A stretch of DNA of 64,000 nt from Dehalococcoidia bacterium (GTDB taxonomy: Bacteria > Chloroflexota > Dehalococcoidia > UBA2979). Below the pieces are notes generated by a model. That model did no database searches. It worked only from the letters and a program-made list of their open reading frames with translations, and had not been told where the DNA came from. The stretch covers positions 2,560,001 through 2,624,000 of the forward strand of contig OZ253555.1 in assembly GCA_965262725.1 (NCBI GenBank), written 5' to 3'. Positions 10,396-20,722 of the stretch are shown piece by piece. Position 1 is the stretch's first letter; every line of letters starts with the position of its first letter. The translations under genes and the position numbers were made by a program.

Positions 10396-11790
10396 ATGAG
10401 CGACCGCGTGTTCAACCCTCCCCCCAACTGGCCGAAACCGCCAGACGGGTGGATCCCGCCAACCGGGTGGAGGCCCGATTCGTCATGGCCTCCACCGCCA
10501 GACGGGTGGGAACTCTGGATCGCGCCCAACACCGACACAACCGATGTGGCCGAAGACCCGCCAGGCGCCACCGGTCCGCCTCCTTGGCCCGCGGCTCTTA
10601 CGCCACCATCGGGGTCTCCAAGCGCATCGCATCCTGGCAACGACCAACACGATGCCGAGGCGCTCGCTGAAGAGGTACGCCTGCTACAAGCCGAGGTGGA
10701 GTCGCTCCGGGGTCGCGACACCCGAGGCGGTGACGCGCTCGTCGACCTTGACGACGAGCGCGTCCTCCAAGAGGTCGGTATCTACAACTACCACCACCCC
10801 CTAGAGAATGCCGAGCAGTACCGGTCCAAGCTCGGTGCCATCAATCAGAGAATCAAGGAAATGGTGAAGGCCGGGGACGCGATTCTCGCCTCGGACATGT
10901 TCACGTACAACAACTCGCTGGCTAAGGGCCGCAAGATGACCGCCGACTTCTCGAAGCTGATGCTGCGGGCCTACAACGCCGAAGCCGACAACTGCGTCCG
11001 CGCGCTGCGGGCTGGCAACATTGCCACCGCCAAGAAGCGGCTGGAGGGGGCGGTGCAGGCTATCGCCAAGCTCGGGGCGATGATGGAGATGCGCGTGAAC
11101 CCTAGCTACCACGAACTCCGATTCGAGGAGTTGGAGTTGACATCGGACTACCTCATGAAGAAGCAGGAAGAGAAGGAGGCCGCGCGGGAGGAGCGCGAGC
11201 GGCTTCGCGAGGAGAGGCGGGCGGAGCAGGAACTAGCCGCTGAGCGTGAGCGACTCGACAAGGAGCGTTCCCACTACCTCGCGGCGCTCGAGGCGCTTCG
11301 TGCCAATGCCGACGAGACGGCAGTTGCCGAGATGGAGCAACGGCTCCGGAATGTCGACGAATCGATCGCACAGAATGACGATCGCGTCGCGAACATCCGT
11401 GCTGGCTACGTCTACGTGATCAGCAATCCCGGCTCGTTCGGGAAACGGATGGTCAAGATCGGGATGACACGTCGACTTGAACCAATGGATCGTGTCCGTG
11501 AACTCGGCGATGCCTCGGTGCCCTTCCCGTTCGACGTGCACGCGCTGTTCTTCGCCGACGACGCGGTCGCTGTCGAGCAAGAGCTGCACGACGCATTTGC
11601 GGAGGCGAGAGTCAACCGCGTGAACACGCGCCGCGAGTTCTTTTTCGCAACCCCCCTCGAGGTCCGCGACGTACTGACGGAGAAACTCGGCGCGCTTCTC
11701 GAATTCACCGAACAACCCGAAGCCACACAGTACCTCCAGAGCCGCAAGTACTGGCCCACGGACCCACCGGCCACTAGTCCGCCTCACTGA
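10396..11790 (+). CDS. DUF4041 + T5orf172/GIY-YIG nuclease (SNIPE/PD-lambda-1-like) with a Pro/Trp-rich N-terminus
   Basis: KLMLRAYNAEADN (DUF4041-type); AGYVYVISNPGSFG..VKIGMTRRLEP.DRV.ELGDASVPF.FDVHA and RVN.RREFF. Confidence 0.88.
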   Translation: MSDRVFNPPPNWPKPPDGWIPPTGWRPDSSWPPPPDGWELWIAPNTDTTDVAEDPPGATGPPPWPAALTPPSGSPSASHPGNDQHDAEALAEEVRLLQAEVESLRGRDTRGGDALVDLDDERVLQEVGIYNYHHPLENAEQYRSKLGAINQRIKEMVKAGDAILASDMFTYNNSLAKGRKMTADFSKLMLRAYNAEADNCVRALRAGNIATAKKRLEGAVQAIAKLGAMMEMRVNPSYHELRFEELELTSDYLMKKQEEKEAAREERERLREERRAEQELAAERERLDKERSHYLAALEALRANADETAVAEMEQRLRNVDESIAQNDDRVANIRAGYVYVISNPGSFGKRMVKIGMTRRLEPMDRVRELGDASVPFPFDVHALFFADDAVAVEQELHDAFAEARVNRVNTRREFFFATPLEVRDVLTEKLGALLEFTEQPEATQYLQSRKYWPTDPPATSPPH

Positions 11791-11909
11791 TCGAGTCTCC
11801 GGCGCTAGACGTACGCTGAGGCGCGAGATAGGCGGTAGCGGCCGCCCTTGCGGCTCGGGCCGCTTCTCGCCAAAGGTTGTCGGACTCGGGTGCCAGGAAG
11901 GTTCCGTCC

Positions 11910-13133
11910 ATGCCGCCGGCCGTTCTCGCGTGGCTCGACTATTCCGAGGCTGACCAGCGTCGGGCCCGGGAGATCATCGCGATATTCTCGCAGCGGGAGA
12001 GTCGCGACGAGCTGGGGCTCGGCGGGATTCGGGACGCGCTGAGCGACACGCTCTTCCCGGGCATCTCCGTGCTGCTCACGCGCGCCCGGTATCTCCTCTT
12101 CGTGCCCTGGCTCTTCCGCGAGGGGGCGAGCCGCGGCTACCGTGGCCCGCAACTCGCGTCGTGGGTCGACGGGCAGGAACGGCGTCTCATCGGCGCGCTC
12201 CGCACGGGCGGCGATCTCGGAGGGCTGATCGGCCGCAACGTGGGCCCTGCCGTCCGGATCCTTCCCTCCACGATCTATTGGCCCAGCCTCCGGCGCTTCG
12301 GGATCCTGCGGCACGAGGGGACGGTGGCCCAGGTCGCGGGTCTTCGCCAGATCTCGCGCACGCCGGACGATGCGACCGAGTTCCTCGAACGCTCCGATGC
12401 GGTTTGGGCTCCCTCGATTCCCGCGCCCCCGAGCGACTTCTCCGGCATGACTCGCTGCAACTTTGCGCTCACGCACGACGAGGCGACGTGGCTTGCCGAG
12501 AGGATCGTCGCGGCCGTACCCGGAACCCTGCTCGAATTCCTGGTGGCCGGGGGGCACCGTCCCTCGGCTGTCGCCGACTACGCCTGGGAGGATCCCTCGG
12601 CCCATGCGGCGACCGGGCCAGTCCGCGCCGCGCTCGACGAGACGCGCCGCTTCGCCGTCGCGATGCACGGAGCCCAGCTCCTCTACAACGTGCTCCTAGC
12701 CGAACGCGCCGAGGAGATCGGTCTCTCCGAGTCCGGCGGCCGCCGCGAGGTGTACACCTCCCGGATGGACGAGTGGCTCCGCGAGGTGGAAGCGAGCGAC
12801 ATCGGAGACTGGGACCTGGACGGGCTGTGGATGCTGGTCGCGGAGCAGGGGAGGCCGGCCCCGCCGCGGACGCGCGCCTTCGTGACGGAGTGGGTCGCCC
12901 TGGCGCAGGGTCGGAGCGGCCACGGGCTCGCGGGCGATCCACATGCGCGGGAGCTGGTTCGGAGCCGCGAGCTCCATCAGAAGGGCGGCCAGGCGCGGCT
13001 CCGCAACGACCGACTGATGCGGCAATGGGGCGGCGCCTCCGGATCCGGCCGCCTCAACTTCCGCTGGCCCGCCGTCGTGGTCCTTCTCGGCGACATCGCC
13101 GACGGGCGGGAGCGTGGCCATGCTCGCCCCTGA
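11910..13133 (+). CDS. DUF6361-family protein (first gene of an Azaca-like operon)
   Basis: WLDYS...RDELGLGGIRDALSDTLFPGIS...TRARY.LFVPW signature, recalled as DUF6361. Confidence 0.75.
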   Translation: MPPAVLAWLDYSEADQRRAREIIAIFSQRESRDELGLGGIRDALSDTLFPGISVLLTRARYLLFVPWLFREGASRGYRGPQLASWVDGQERRLIGALRTGGDLGGLIGRNVGPAVRILPSTIYWPSLRRFGILRHEGTVAQVAGLRQISRTPDDATEFLERSDAVWAPSIPAPPSDFSGMTRCNFALTHDEATWLAERIVAAVPGTLLEFLVAGGHRPSAVADYAWEDPSAHAATGPVRAALDETRRFAVAMHGAQLLYNVLLAERAEEIGLSESGGRREVYTSRMDEWLREVEASDIGDWDLDGLWMLVAEQGRPAPPRTRAFVTEWVALAQGRSGHGLAGDPHARELVRSRELHQKGGQARLRNDRLMRQWGGASGSGRLNFRWPAVVVLLGDIADGRERGHARP

Positions 13134-14919
13134 CAGCCGCGCGCTACTACTCGACGCGCTGAGGCCGCCCCCGGGTCACTCCCTCGATCACGCCGTCGCG
13201 ACCACCTTCACGCTCGATCTCGAGACGGCCCTCATGGTCCCACTCGCCTTCGCGGGCTTCCGATTCGATGAGCAGACGGATCCCATCGAGATCATGGAAG
13301 CCCTGCGCGGGATGGGCGAACGGCTCGACATCTTCTGCCAGGCCGGCGCGATCGGCGCGGGAAGATGGCCCTCCGATCTCGTGGCGCTGCTCGAAGACGC
13401 CATCCACCAGGTGAGCCCCTCCCGGCCGGGCCACATCTTCCACCCGAAGGTCTGGGTGCTGAGGCTCCTCGATCGGGACCAGGCGCTCTCGTACCGCCTC
13501 CTCGTGCTCTCCCGGAACCTCACCGACGACCGCAGCTGGGACACGATCCTCTGGCTGGACGGACGGCCCGAGGAGCGGCCCGTCGCGAGCAGCGAGCCGC
13601 TCGCGCGGTTCGTCTCGGCGCTGCCGGAGCTCGCCGTCACACGGTTGCCGGCCGACCGCCGGGCGACCCTGACCGCGCTCGCCGACGAGCTGGGGCGCGT
13701 CCGGTGGGACCTCCCGGCCGGCGTGCGGGAGATCCGCTTTCACCCCATCGGACTGCCGGGTGTGCCACCGTTCGCTGCCGACGAGCATTTCGACGGCTAT
13801 CGCACGCTCGCGATCTCACCATTCGTTCGGGCCGGTGCGATTCGCCGTCTCCTTCGACCAGAGGCGGGGCCGGCCGTGCTCGTCTCGCGCGGCGAGGAGC
13901 TCGATGCGCTTCCCGGGGGCGCTCTCGAGGGCCTGGACGTCTACGAACTCGATCCGGCCGCGAGTCTCTCCGGGGACGACGTCGAGGGGGAATCGGGGCC
14001 GGCCCGCCTCACACGTCTGCACGCGAAGCTCTTCGCGGTCGAGCGGGACCGGCAAGCGCACCTCTTCGTCGGATCGGCCAACGCGACGGACGCGGGTCTC
14101 GGCGGCAACGTCGAGTTCCTCTGCGAGCTCATCGGCTCCGTCGCGAGGCTCGGGGTCGACGCGCTCGTCGGCGACGAGGCGCCGCTCCGCGGCATGCTGA
14201 CGCCGTACGTCGCCTCCGAGGCGCGGCCCCCCGACGAAGCCGTCGCGGCGGGCCGCGCGCTCGAGGACCTGTTGCGCACCATCGCGGCGCAGCTCCGCTT
14301 CCGCACGAGCGTCACGAGAGGAGGGGGCGGATGGGTCGCACGCGTCACGGCCGACGGCGTGCTGCCGCGCATTCCCGAGGGCGCGCAGGTGACGCTCGCT
14401 CCCCACAACCGGCCGACCGAGACCCACGCTCTCACTCCCGCGGAGCCCATCGACGTGGAACTGCCGCCCCGTGAGCTCGCGGACATCACTCCGTTCCTGC
14501 GGCTCACGGGGCGCCGGACGGTCGGGCGGACGATGCTGGAGCGCTCGGCCGTCGTCCTGGCGCGGCTCGACGGTGCGCCGGACGACCGCCTCCAGGAGAT
14601 CCTGGCGCGGCAGATCGACACGCCGGAGAAGTTCCTGCGGCTGCTCGCCCTGCTGATCGGCTTCGCCGCGGGAAGGGGCGGCGCCGGTACCGTGACGGGC
14701 GATGGGGCGGCTGGCTGGTCGGGCGGCGCCGGGCAGGGCGTCCTGGAGCTGCTCGCGCGCGCCCTCTCGGAGAGGCCCGAGTCCATCGATCACCTGGAGG
14801 CGATCGTCGAGCACCTCCGTCGGTCGCCGAGCGGGAGGGAGGTCCTCCCTCCGGGCTGGGACGAGGTGTGGCTTCCGGCGCTCGAGGCGCGGCGCGCGAT
14901 GCGAGCTGACGACTCGTGA
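13120..14919 (+). CDS. Phospholipase D-superfamily (HxK) nuclease-like protein
   Basis: Two HxK motifs: FHPKVW...SRNLT and LHAKLF...GSANAT; overlaps both neighbours. Confidence 0.82.
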   Translation: MLAPDSRALLLDALRPPPGHSLDHAVATTFTLDLETALMVPLAFAGFRFDEQTDPIEIMEALRGMGERLDIFCQAGAIGAGRWPSDLVALLEDAIHQVSPSRPGHIFHPKVWVLRLLDRDQALSYRLLVLSRNLTDDRSWDTILWLDGRPEERPVASSEPLARFVSALPELAVTRLPADRRATLTALADELGRVRWDLPAGVREIRFHPIGLPGVPPFAADEHFDGYRTLAISPFVRAGAIRRLLRPEAGPAVLVSRGEELDALPGGALEGLDVYELDPAASLSGDDVEGESGPARLTRLHAKLFAVERDRQAHLFVGSANATDAGLGGNVEFLCELIGSVARLGVDALVGDEAPLRGMLTPYVASEARPPDEAVAAGRALEDLLRTIAAQLRFRTSVTRGGGGWVARVTADGVLPRIPEGAQVTLAPHNRPTETHALTPAEPIDVELPPRELADITPFLRLTGRRTVGRTMLERSAVVLARLDGAPDDRLQEILARQIDTPEKFLRLLALLIGFAAGRGGAGTVTGDGAAGWSGGAGQGVLELLARALSERPESIDHLEAIVEHLRRSPSGREVLPPGWDEVWLPALEARRAMRADDS

Positions 14920-17900
14920 CCCGGGAGAGCCGGGGAGGCCGGGCGGCAGCACTGAGCGACTTCCAGCGAGCGACGGCTCAGCACGCGTTCCGGCGCCTCT
15001 ATCTCGATGGGGACTCATCGCGACGCTTTCTCGTGGCCGATGAGACGGGGCTGGGGAAGACACATGTCGCCAAGGAGGTCATCGCCCTCACCCTCGATCA
15101 CCTGCAGCAGGTCGACCACGTCGAGCGCATCGACATCGTCTACGTCTGCTCCAACGCGGACATCGCCCGCCAGAACATCCGCAAGCTCACCATCACGGGC
15201 TCGGAAGGCCCGAGCTTCGCGACCCGCCTGAGCCTTCTGATCACGCAGCCGGACGTGCTCACACCCGCGCCCGGCCGCGAGGGGAAGGCGTCCACCTTCG
15301 TCGCCTTCACGCCGGCGACGTCCTTCCAGTTCGGGCTGCAGATGGGGACGGCTGCGGAGCGCGCCGTGCTCTACGTGCTCCTGCGCGATCACCTGGGCCT
15401 CCGGCGGGCACGGGCAACGGCGGCGCAGCGGATCTTCCGGGGAGCCGTGAGCAGCCGGCGCAGGTTCGTCAAATCGTACGTCGCGTCCGTTCACCCACGG
15501 CGCTTCGAGCCCGTCATCCGCCGGACGTTCCTCGAGGAGTTCGACCGGAGTCCCGAGCGCGCATCGCTCGTCTCCCTGGTCGATGAGGTCACGGGGCGGC
15601 GATCGCTGACCCCGCACCAGCACCGCGCGGCACGCCGTATTGTCGGAGGCCTGCGCCGGATGCTCGCACGAGCGGCTGTGCAGGCGCTCACGCCGGACCT
15701 CGTGATCCTGGACGAGTTCCAGCGCTTCCGGGATCTCCTCGACGTGAAGAGCGGCACCGAGGCGGCCGAGCTCGCGAACTACTTCTTCACGCAATCGGAC
15801 GCGCGCGTGCTGTTGCTCTCGGCCACGCCCTACAAGCCGTTCACCTACGCGGAGGAGAGCGCCGGAGGTGCCGGTCACTACGAGGACTTCCTGAAGACGG
15901 TGGAGTTCCTCGCGGCATCCGAGCGACCCGTGGATGCCGTGCGCGCAGACCTCGACGCCCTGCGGCAGGCGGCGCTCTCGGGCGAACCGACCGCCGCGAT
16001 CCGGGATCGCGTCCAGGCCCGCCTCCGGAGGTGGATCGCCCGGACCGAGCGGCCCACGGACGACCGGCGCACCACCACCCTCGATATGGCCGCGACTCCG
16101 TTCCGTGTCCGGGCGGAGGACTTCTCGGGCTGGGTCGCCCTCAAGCGGGTCGCGGACGAGGTCGGGGGGCCGCTCGGCATCGAGTACTGGAAGTCGGCCC
16201 CCTACTTCCTCAACTTCCTGAGCGGCTACCGCGTCGGCGAACACGTCCGCGAGCACATGAAGGTCCCGGACCGGCGGTCCCGGCTGATGCCGCTCTTCCG
16301 CGGCGCGCAGCGGATCGCGAGGTCCGACGTGGAGCGCTTCCAGCCGCTCGAGTGGGCCAACGCCCGCATGCGCGCTCTGGCCGCGGAGATGCTCGATCCG
16401 GGCTGGTGGCGATTGCTCTGGATGCCGCCGTCCCTTACCTACCAGGCGCTCGGCGGTCCGTACGCGTCGGTCGACGCCACCGCCATCACCAAGCAGCTCA
16501 TCTTCTCGAGCTGGGTCGCCGCTCCCTCGGCCATCGCCTCGCTCCTCAGCTACGAGGTCCAGCGGCGGATCTTCGCGGGAGCCGGCCACGTCGCGAACAC
16601 GCCCGCGGCCCGGGCCGCGATCTCGAGCCGCCTCGACTACCGGACGGCGGACGAGCGGCCCGCCTCGATGTCGGTGCTCGCGCTCTTCTGGCCGCAGCCG
16701 GAGCTGGCCTCTCGCACCGACCCGCTCGACGCCGCCCGCGAAGAGCCCGATCCGCCGAGCGTGGATCGTCTGCTCGAGTGGTCGCGGGGCCGCGTCGAGG
16801 CGCTCGTCGGACCTGCCGGCGAGACGATCTCCTCAGCGAGCGCTGCCTGGTACTGGTTCGCACCCGTACGCGCCGAGCGGGGCCGAGCCCTCGCATTCGC
16901 GCTCCTCGCGGCGCCGCGGAGCGCCCAGGCCGAGGCCCTGGCCGGAGCCTCCCCGGATCACACGCCGGACGTTCCGCGCGCACTGGACGCGCACGTGGAG
17001 CAGGTGATCCGGGCCCTCACCGGCTGGACACCGGAGTCGGAGCCGCCGGCGGACCTGGTCGCGACCACGGCGCTCCTCGGCGTGGGGGCGCCGGGAAACA
17101 TCGCGTGGCGGGCGCTCAACCGGCTGCGGCGGGCGGATGACCAGGCGACCGAGCTGGGGCGGTGGCGGGCGGCGGCGATCCTCGCCTCGGGGCTGCGGAG
17201 CCTCTTCGGCCGTCCCGACGCGATGCTGCTCATCGACCACGTCTACTCCGGCTCGGGCGGCACGCGCGAGGACGACGGTGCCTACTGGCGCCGGGTCGCG
17301 CGCTACTGCATCGACGGGGGCCTCCAGGCCGTTCTCGACGAGTACATCCACCACCTCGCCGGGGAATCAGGGGTCGACACGACGACCGACGAGGGGCTGA
17401 TCGCGCTGGCCGCGACCGCGCGGCGCGCGATCTCCCTCCGGGAGTCGGTCTACCGCGCGACCGACATCGATCACTTCGACGGCGAGGGGATCGCGTTCCC
17501 GAGCCGGTACGCGCTGCGCTTCGGCAGCACGCGCCACACCCAGGATGAGGCCCGCCTCCCCGAGGTCAGGGCGGCCTTCAACTCGCCGTTCTGGCCGTTC
17601 GTGCTGGCGACCACCTCCGTCGGACAGGAGGGGATCGACTTCCACTGGTGGTGCCACTCGATCGTCCACTGGAATCTCCCGGGCAACCCCGTCGACTTCG
17701 AGCAGCGCGAGGGCCGCGTGGACCGCTACAAGGGTCACGCGATCCGCAAGAACGTCGCGGCCGCTCACCGGTCGGCGGCTCTGGGTCCGGGAGTCACGGA
17801 CCCGTGGGCCGCGGTCTTCGACGCCGCCGCGGCAGGCGACGACCACGGCCTGGGGGACCTCACCCCCTGCTGGATATACCCGGGCGATGCCCGGCTCCAG

Positions 17901-18110
17901 CGGCGGATCATGGCCCTCCCCCTGAGTCGCGACGAGGAGCGATGGGACCGGCTGCAGGAGGCGCTGGCGCTCTATCGACTGGCGTTCGGGCAGCCGAGAC
18001 AGGAGGACATGCTGGCCGCACTAGAGCGTCGCGGCATAGCCGGGAGGCCGGAGCGGATCGCCGAGCTGCGGATCGACCTGAGACCGCCGGCGCTGCAAGC
18101 AAGCCCCTAG
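14916..18110 (+). CDS. Superfamily 2 helicase (third gene of the Azaca-like operon)
   Basis: ADETGLGKT, DEFQ, LLSATP, TSVGQEGIDFH and EQREGRVDR; its stop TAG is the CTAG target of IS5. Confidence 0.88.
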   Translation: MTRESRGGRAAALSDFQRATAQHAFRRLYLDGDSSRRFLVADETGLGKTHVAKEVIALTLDHLQQVDHVERIDIVYVCSNADIARQNIRKLTITGSEGPSFATRLSLLITQPDVLTPAPGREGKASTFVAFTPATSFQFGLQMGTAAERAVLYVLLRDHLGLRRARATAAQRIFRGAVSSRRRFVKSYVASVHPRRFEPVIRRTFLEEFDRSPERASLVSLVDEVTGRRSLTPHQHRAARRIVGGLRRMLARAAVQALTPDLVILDEFQRFRDLLDVKSGTEAAELANYFFTQSDARVLLLSATPYKPFTYAEESAGGAGHYEDFLKTVEFLAASERPVDAVRADLDALRQAALSGEPTAAIRDRVQARLRRWIARTERPTDDRRTTTLDMAATPFRVRAEDFSGWVALKRVADEVGGPLGIEYWKSAPYFLNFLSGYRVGEHVREHMKVPDRRSRLMPLFRGAQRIARSDVERFQPLEWANARMRALAAEMLDPGWWRLLWMPPSLTYQALGGPYASVDATAITKQLIFSSWVAAPSAIASLLSYEVQRRIFAGAGHVANTPAARAAISSRLDYRTADERPASMSVLALFWPQPELASRTDPLDAAREEPDPPSVDRLLEWSRGRVEALVGPAGETISSASAAWYWFAPVRAERGRALAFALLAAPRSAQAEALAGASPDHTPDVPRALDAHVEQVIRALTGWTPESEPPADLVATTALLGVGAPGNIAWRALNRLRRADDQATELGRWRAAAILASGLRSLFGRPDAMLLIDHVYSGSGGTREDDGAYWRRVARYCIDGGLQAVLDEYIHHLAGESGVDTTTDEGLIALAATARRAISLRESVYRATDIDHFDGEGIAFPSRYALRFGSTRHTQDEARLPEVRAAFNSPFWPFVLATTSVGQEGIDFHWWCHSIVHWNLPGNPVDFEQREGRVDRYKGHAIRKNVAAAHRSAALGPGVTDPWAAVFDAAAAGDDHGLGDLTPCWIYPGDARLQRRIMALPLSRDEERWDRLQEALALYRLAFGQPRQEDMLAALERRGIAGRPERIAELRIDLRPPALQASP

Positions 18111-19318
18111 GGGTTCTCTGAACAGGTCGCCGCGTCGTTACTGGAGCACATGCACACTCCGATGACTATATGCGATCATGGCACTCCTCCGGGAAAGGGG
18201 AGCGCTGCCATGCATCAGCCGACATTCGCGAGAGTCGAGTTCGAGCGGGATGGCTACAAGACGCGCCGCCAGAAGTTCCTCGAACGGCTGGATGGCCTCG
18301 TCCCGTGGCAGAGGTTCGAAGCAGCCATCGAGCCCCACTACCCGAAACCGGGCCGCGGGCGGAGGCCCTACCCGCTCTCCGTGATGCTGCGCATCCATAC
18401 CGTGCAACTCTGCTACAACCTCAGCGACCCCGGCATGGAGGATCTGCTCCACGAGGCCGAGTCGGTGCGAGCCTTCTGCTTCCTCACGCTCTCCGAGCCC
18501 ATCCCCGACGAGACGACGATCCTCAACTTCCGGCACCTGCTCGAGCGCCACTCCCTGGGTAGCAGGATCCTCCAACTCATCAACGAGCACCTCACGAGCA
18601 AGGGATTGAAGCTGAGCGAGGGCAGCATCGTGGATGCGACCATCATCTCGGCGCCATCGTCGACGAAGAATCGCGGGCGGGCGCGGGACCCGGAGATGCA
18701 TCAGACCAAGAAGGGGAAACAGTGGTTCTTCGGGATGAAGCTGCACATCGGCGCCGACAGGGATACTGGACTGGTCCACAACTTCACGACCACGCCTGCG
18801 AACGTGTCGGACGTGTCTGAGACGCACCGCCTGCTGCACGGCGAGGAAGCCGAGGTCTACGGCGACGCCGGGTACCGGGGCGTGCAGAAGAGACCCGAGA
18901 ACGCGGACTCCAGGGTCAAGGACTGGAACGTGGCGATGCGCCCGGGCCTCCGGCGTGCGCTCGACCCGGAGAGTCCTGAGGCCGTCGAGGAGAAGCGGAA
19001 GGCATCGGTGCGAGCGCTGGTGGAGCACCCGTTCTACAGCGTGAAGCGGCGCTTCGGCTACGCCAAGGTGCGGTACCGAGGTCTCTTCAAGAACCACGAG
19101 CGGTGTGCGGTCTTGCTGGGGTTCCACAACCTGCTCACCGCGAAGCCGCACCGTGCCTGACCGTGGGTGGAGTGCGCCCTCCCCGCCCCACACGGGGCGA
19201 GGAGGGGAGCCACAGGGGCCCGCGAGGGGGCGGATATGACCACTGTCATCGGGAATCCGCCTGAGAGCGCCTGATCGCGGCGAAACTGGGTCGCTAGACC
19301 CACCTGATCAGACTTGCC
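18111..19318 (+). mobile_element. IS5-family element, copy 1
   Basis: CTAG at 18107..18110 and 19319..19322; imperfect terminal IRs GGGTTCTCTGAACAGGT / GGCAAGTCTGATCAGGT. Confidence 0.92.
18210..19160 (+). CDS. IS5-family DDE transposase
   Basis: IPDETTILNFR, IVDATII, FGMKLHIG, YGDAGY and R..VEHPF..VKRRFGY motifs. Confidence 0.93.
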   Translation: MHQPTFARVEFERDGYKTRRQKFLERLDGLVPWQRFEAAIEPHYPKPGRGRRPYPLSVMLRIHTVQLCYNLSDPGMEDLLHEAESVRAFCFLTLSEPIPDETTILNFRHLLERHSLGSRILQLINEHLTSKGLKLSEGSIVDATIISAPSSTKNRGRARDPEMHQTKKGKQWFFGMKLHIGADRDTGLVHNFTTTPANVSDVSETHRLLHGEEAEVYGDAGYRGVQKRPENADSRVKDWNVAMRPGLRRALDPESPEAVEEKRKASVRALVEHPFYSVKRRFGYAKVRYRGLFKNHERCAVLLGFHNLLTAKPHRA

Positions 19319-19653
19319 CTAGGGAGAGCCCGCTGATGCGCCCATCGGAACAGCACGAGCGGTGGAGACTGAGTCTCCTTGGCGACCTCAAGCGACGCCT
19401 GAGCGGCTGCATCTGGTGTGGGTTCGGGCTTCGGCGCCAGCATTTTGTCCGGCTCAAGGAACCGTACAACGTGATCGTGTGGTTCGGACGCTCTGCACAG
19501 TGTGCTACGCTGCGCGAGCGGAGGCATGGGCCGGCCTCCTGAAGGAACCCTGTCACCCAGTCGGTGCCGGTTTGCGGGAGCTTCCTCACTCGACGGACGC
19601 TCTACCCCACGCCGCCACAAGCACCACCACCAGCGCCGGAGGAGGAGACAGCT

Positions 19654-20394
19654 ATGCTCCGTTCGAGGCTCGCGATCGCGGTGACGTTCGCTCTCGCGGG
19701 GCTTGTCGCCGCGGTGGGCGTCGCGGTCGCGCAGGCCGTCACGCACACGGCGGAGGTGAGGATCGTCGCTCAGCGCCTCGACGACGGGCGGGTGGAGTTC
19801 GGCCTCCAGCAGCGCGAGGGCGACGGCTGGGGCGACCGGATCCTGCCGCAGAGCCGCTTCTTCCCCGTCTCCAGCCAGGGCCGCTGGCTGTCGAGCTCAG
19901 CGATCGACGTGACAATCGAGGTCGCGGCGCCGACACCGACGCCGACAGTGTCCGGTATCGGGGAGTGGACGTACGTCGACGGCGAGGGCATCGACGGGAC
20001 GTATGAGGGCTACTACCTCGTCGCCGAGTCACACTCCGGCTACGACTGGCAGCTAGCTCCGATCCTCTACGTTCGCTGTGGCGGTGACAGCAACGAGTGG
20101 GACGACATCTTCGTTGCAACCCCCTTCCTGATCCACGGCGGCGATGACAACGAGGCCACCGTGCGGTACCGGTTCACGGCCGACTCGTCCGCGACGAGTG
20201 AAATTTGGTGGAGCGACGAGGAGACCGACTCCGCCGTTTTTAGCCAGAGCGGAGCATTCGGTTCTCGTCTGGCCGGGGCGTCGGGCACGCTTTATATGGC
20301 CTTCGTCAGTCACTACGACTACGACGAGGAGACGGCCACCTTCGACGTGACCGGGGCGGCTGAAGTCGCGCGTCAGCTCGACTGCTTCCCGTAG
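19654..20394 (+). CDS. Secreted hypothetical protein with signal peptide and Pro/Thr linker
   Basis: GGAGGAG RBS; hydrophobic N-terminus; EVRIVAQRLDDGRVEFGLQQR domain followed by APTPTPT. Confidence 0.8.
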   Translation: MLRSRLAIAVTFALAGLVAAVGVAVAQAVTHTAEVRIVAQRLDDGRVEFGLQQREGDGWGDRILPQSRFFPVSSQGRWLSSSAIDVTIEVAAPTPTPTVSGIGEWTYVDGEGIDGTYEGYYLVAESHSGYDWQLAPILYVRCGGDSNEWDDIFVATPFLIHGGDDNEATVRYRFTADSSATSEIWWSDEETDSAVFSQSGAFGSRLAGASGTLYMAFVSHYDYDEETATFDVTGAAEVARQLDCFP

Positions 20395-20722
20395 GGGCTT
20401 ATGCAGGCGTGCCGACGAGGGGCGCCAAGCTGCATTGACACGCAGGACATCGGCGGTGCCCCCTGATCAAGCTACGCGAAGCGGCGTGGAGCGCTACCTC
20501 GCCGATCAGCTCCTACCGGCTATCGGCAAGGCGTATCCCCAGGCCTTCCCCGTACCGTCAACCTCCCGCGGAATCCTCTAGGAGAGCGAGGAGCGGCTGT
20601 CACGGCCCAGGGAGGTCCCGGCTATTGCCACACAGGAGAGACGCACGGGGCCTTCAACACTTGGCCCCCGCGCCACTGAGGGGCTAGGACCAAACGTCGT
20701 GGCTGTGGCCGCGACGCACTAG

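Noticed and set aside
13147-17846. Many long antisense and alternative-frame ORFs over the PLD and helicase genes (and similar ones elsewhere)
   Set aside because: Expected from stop-codon scarcity at high GC; no motifs
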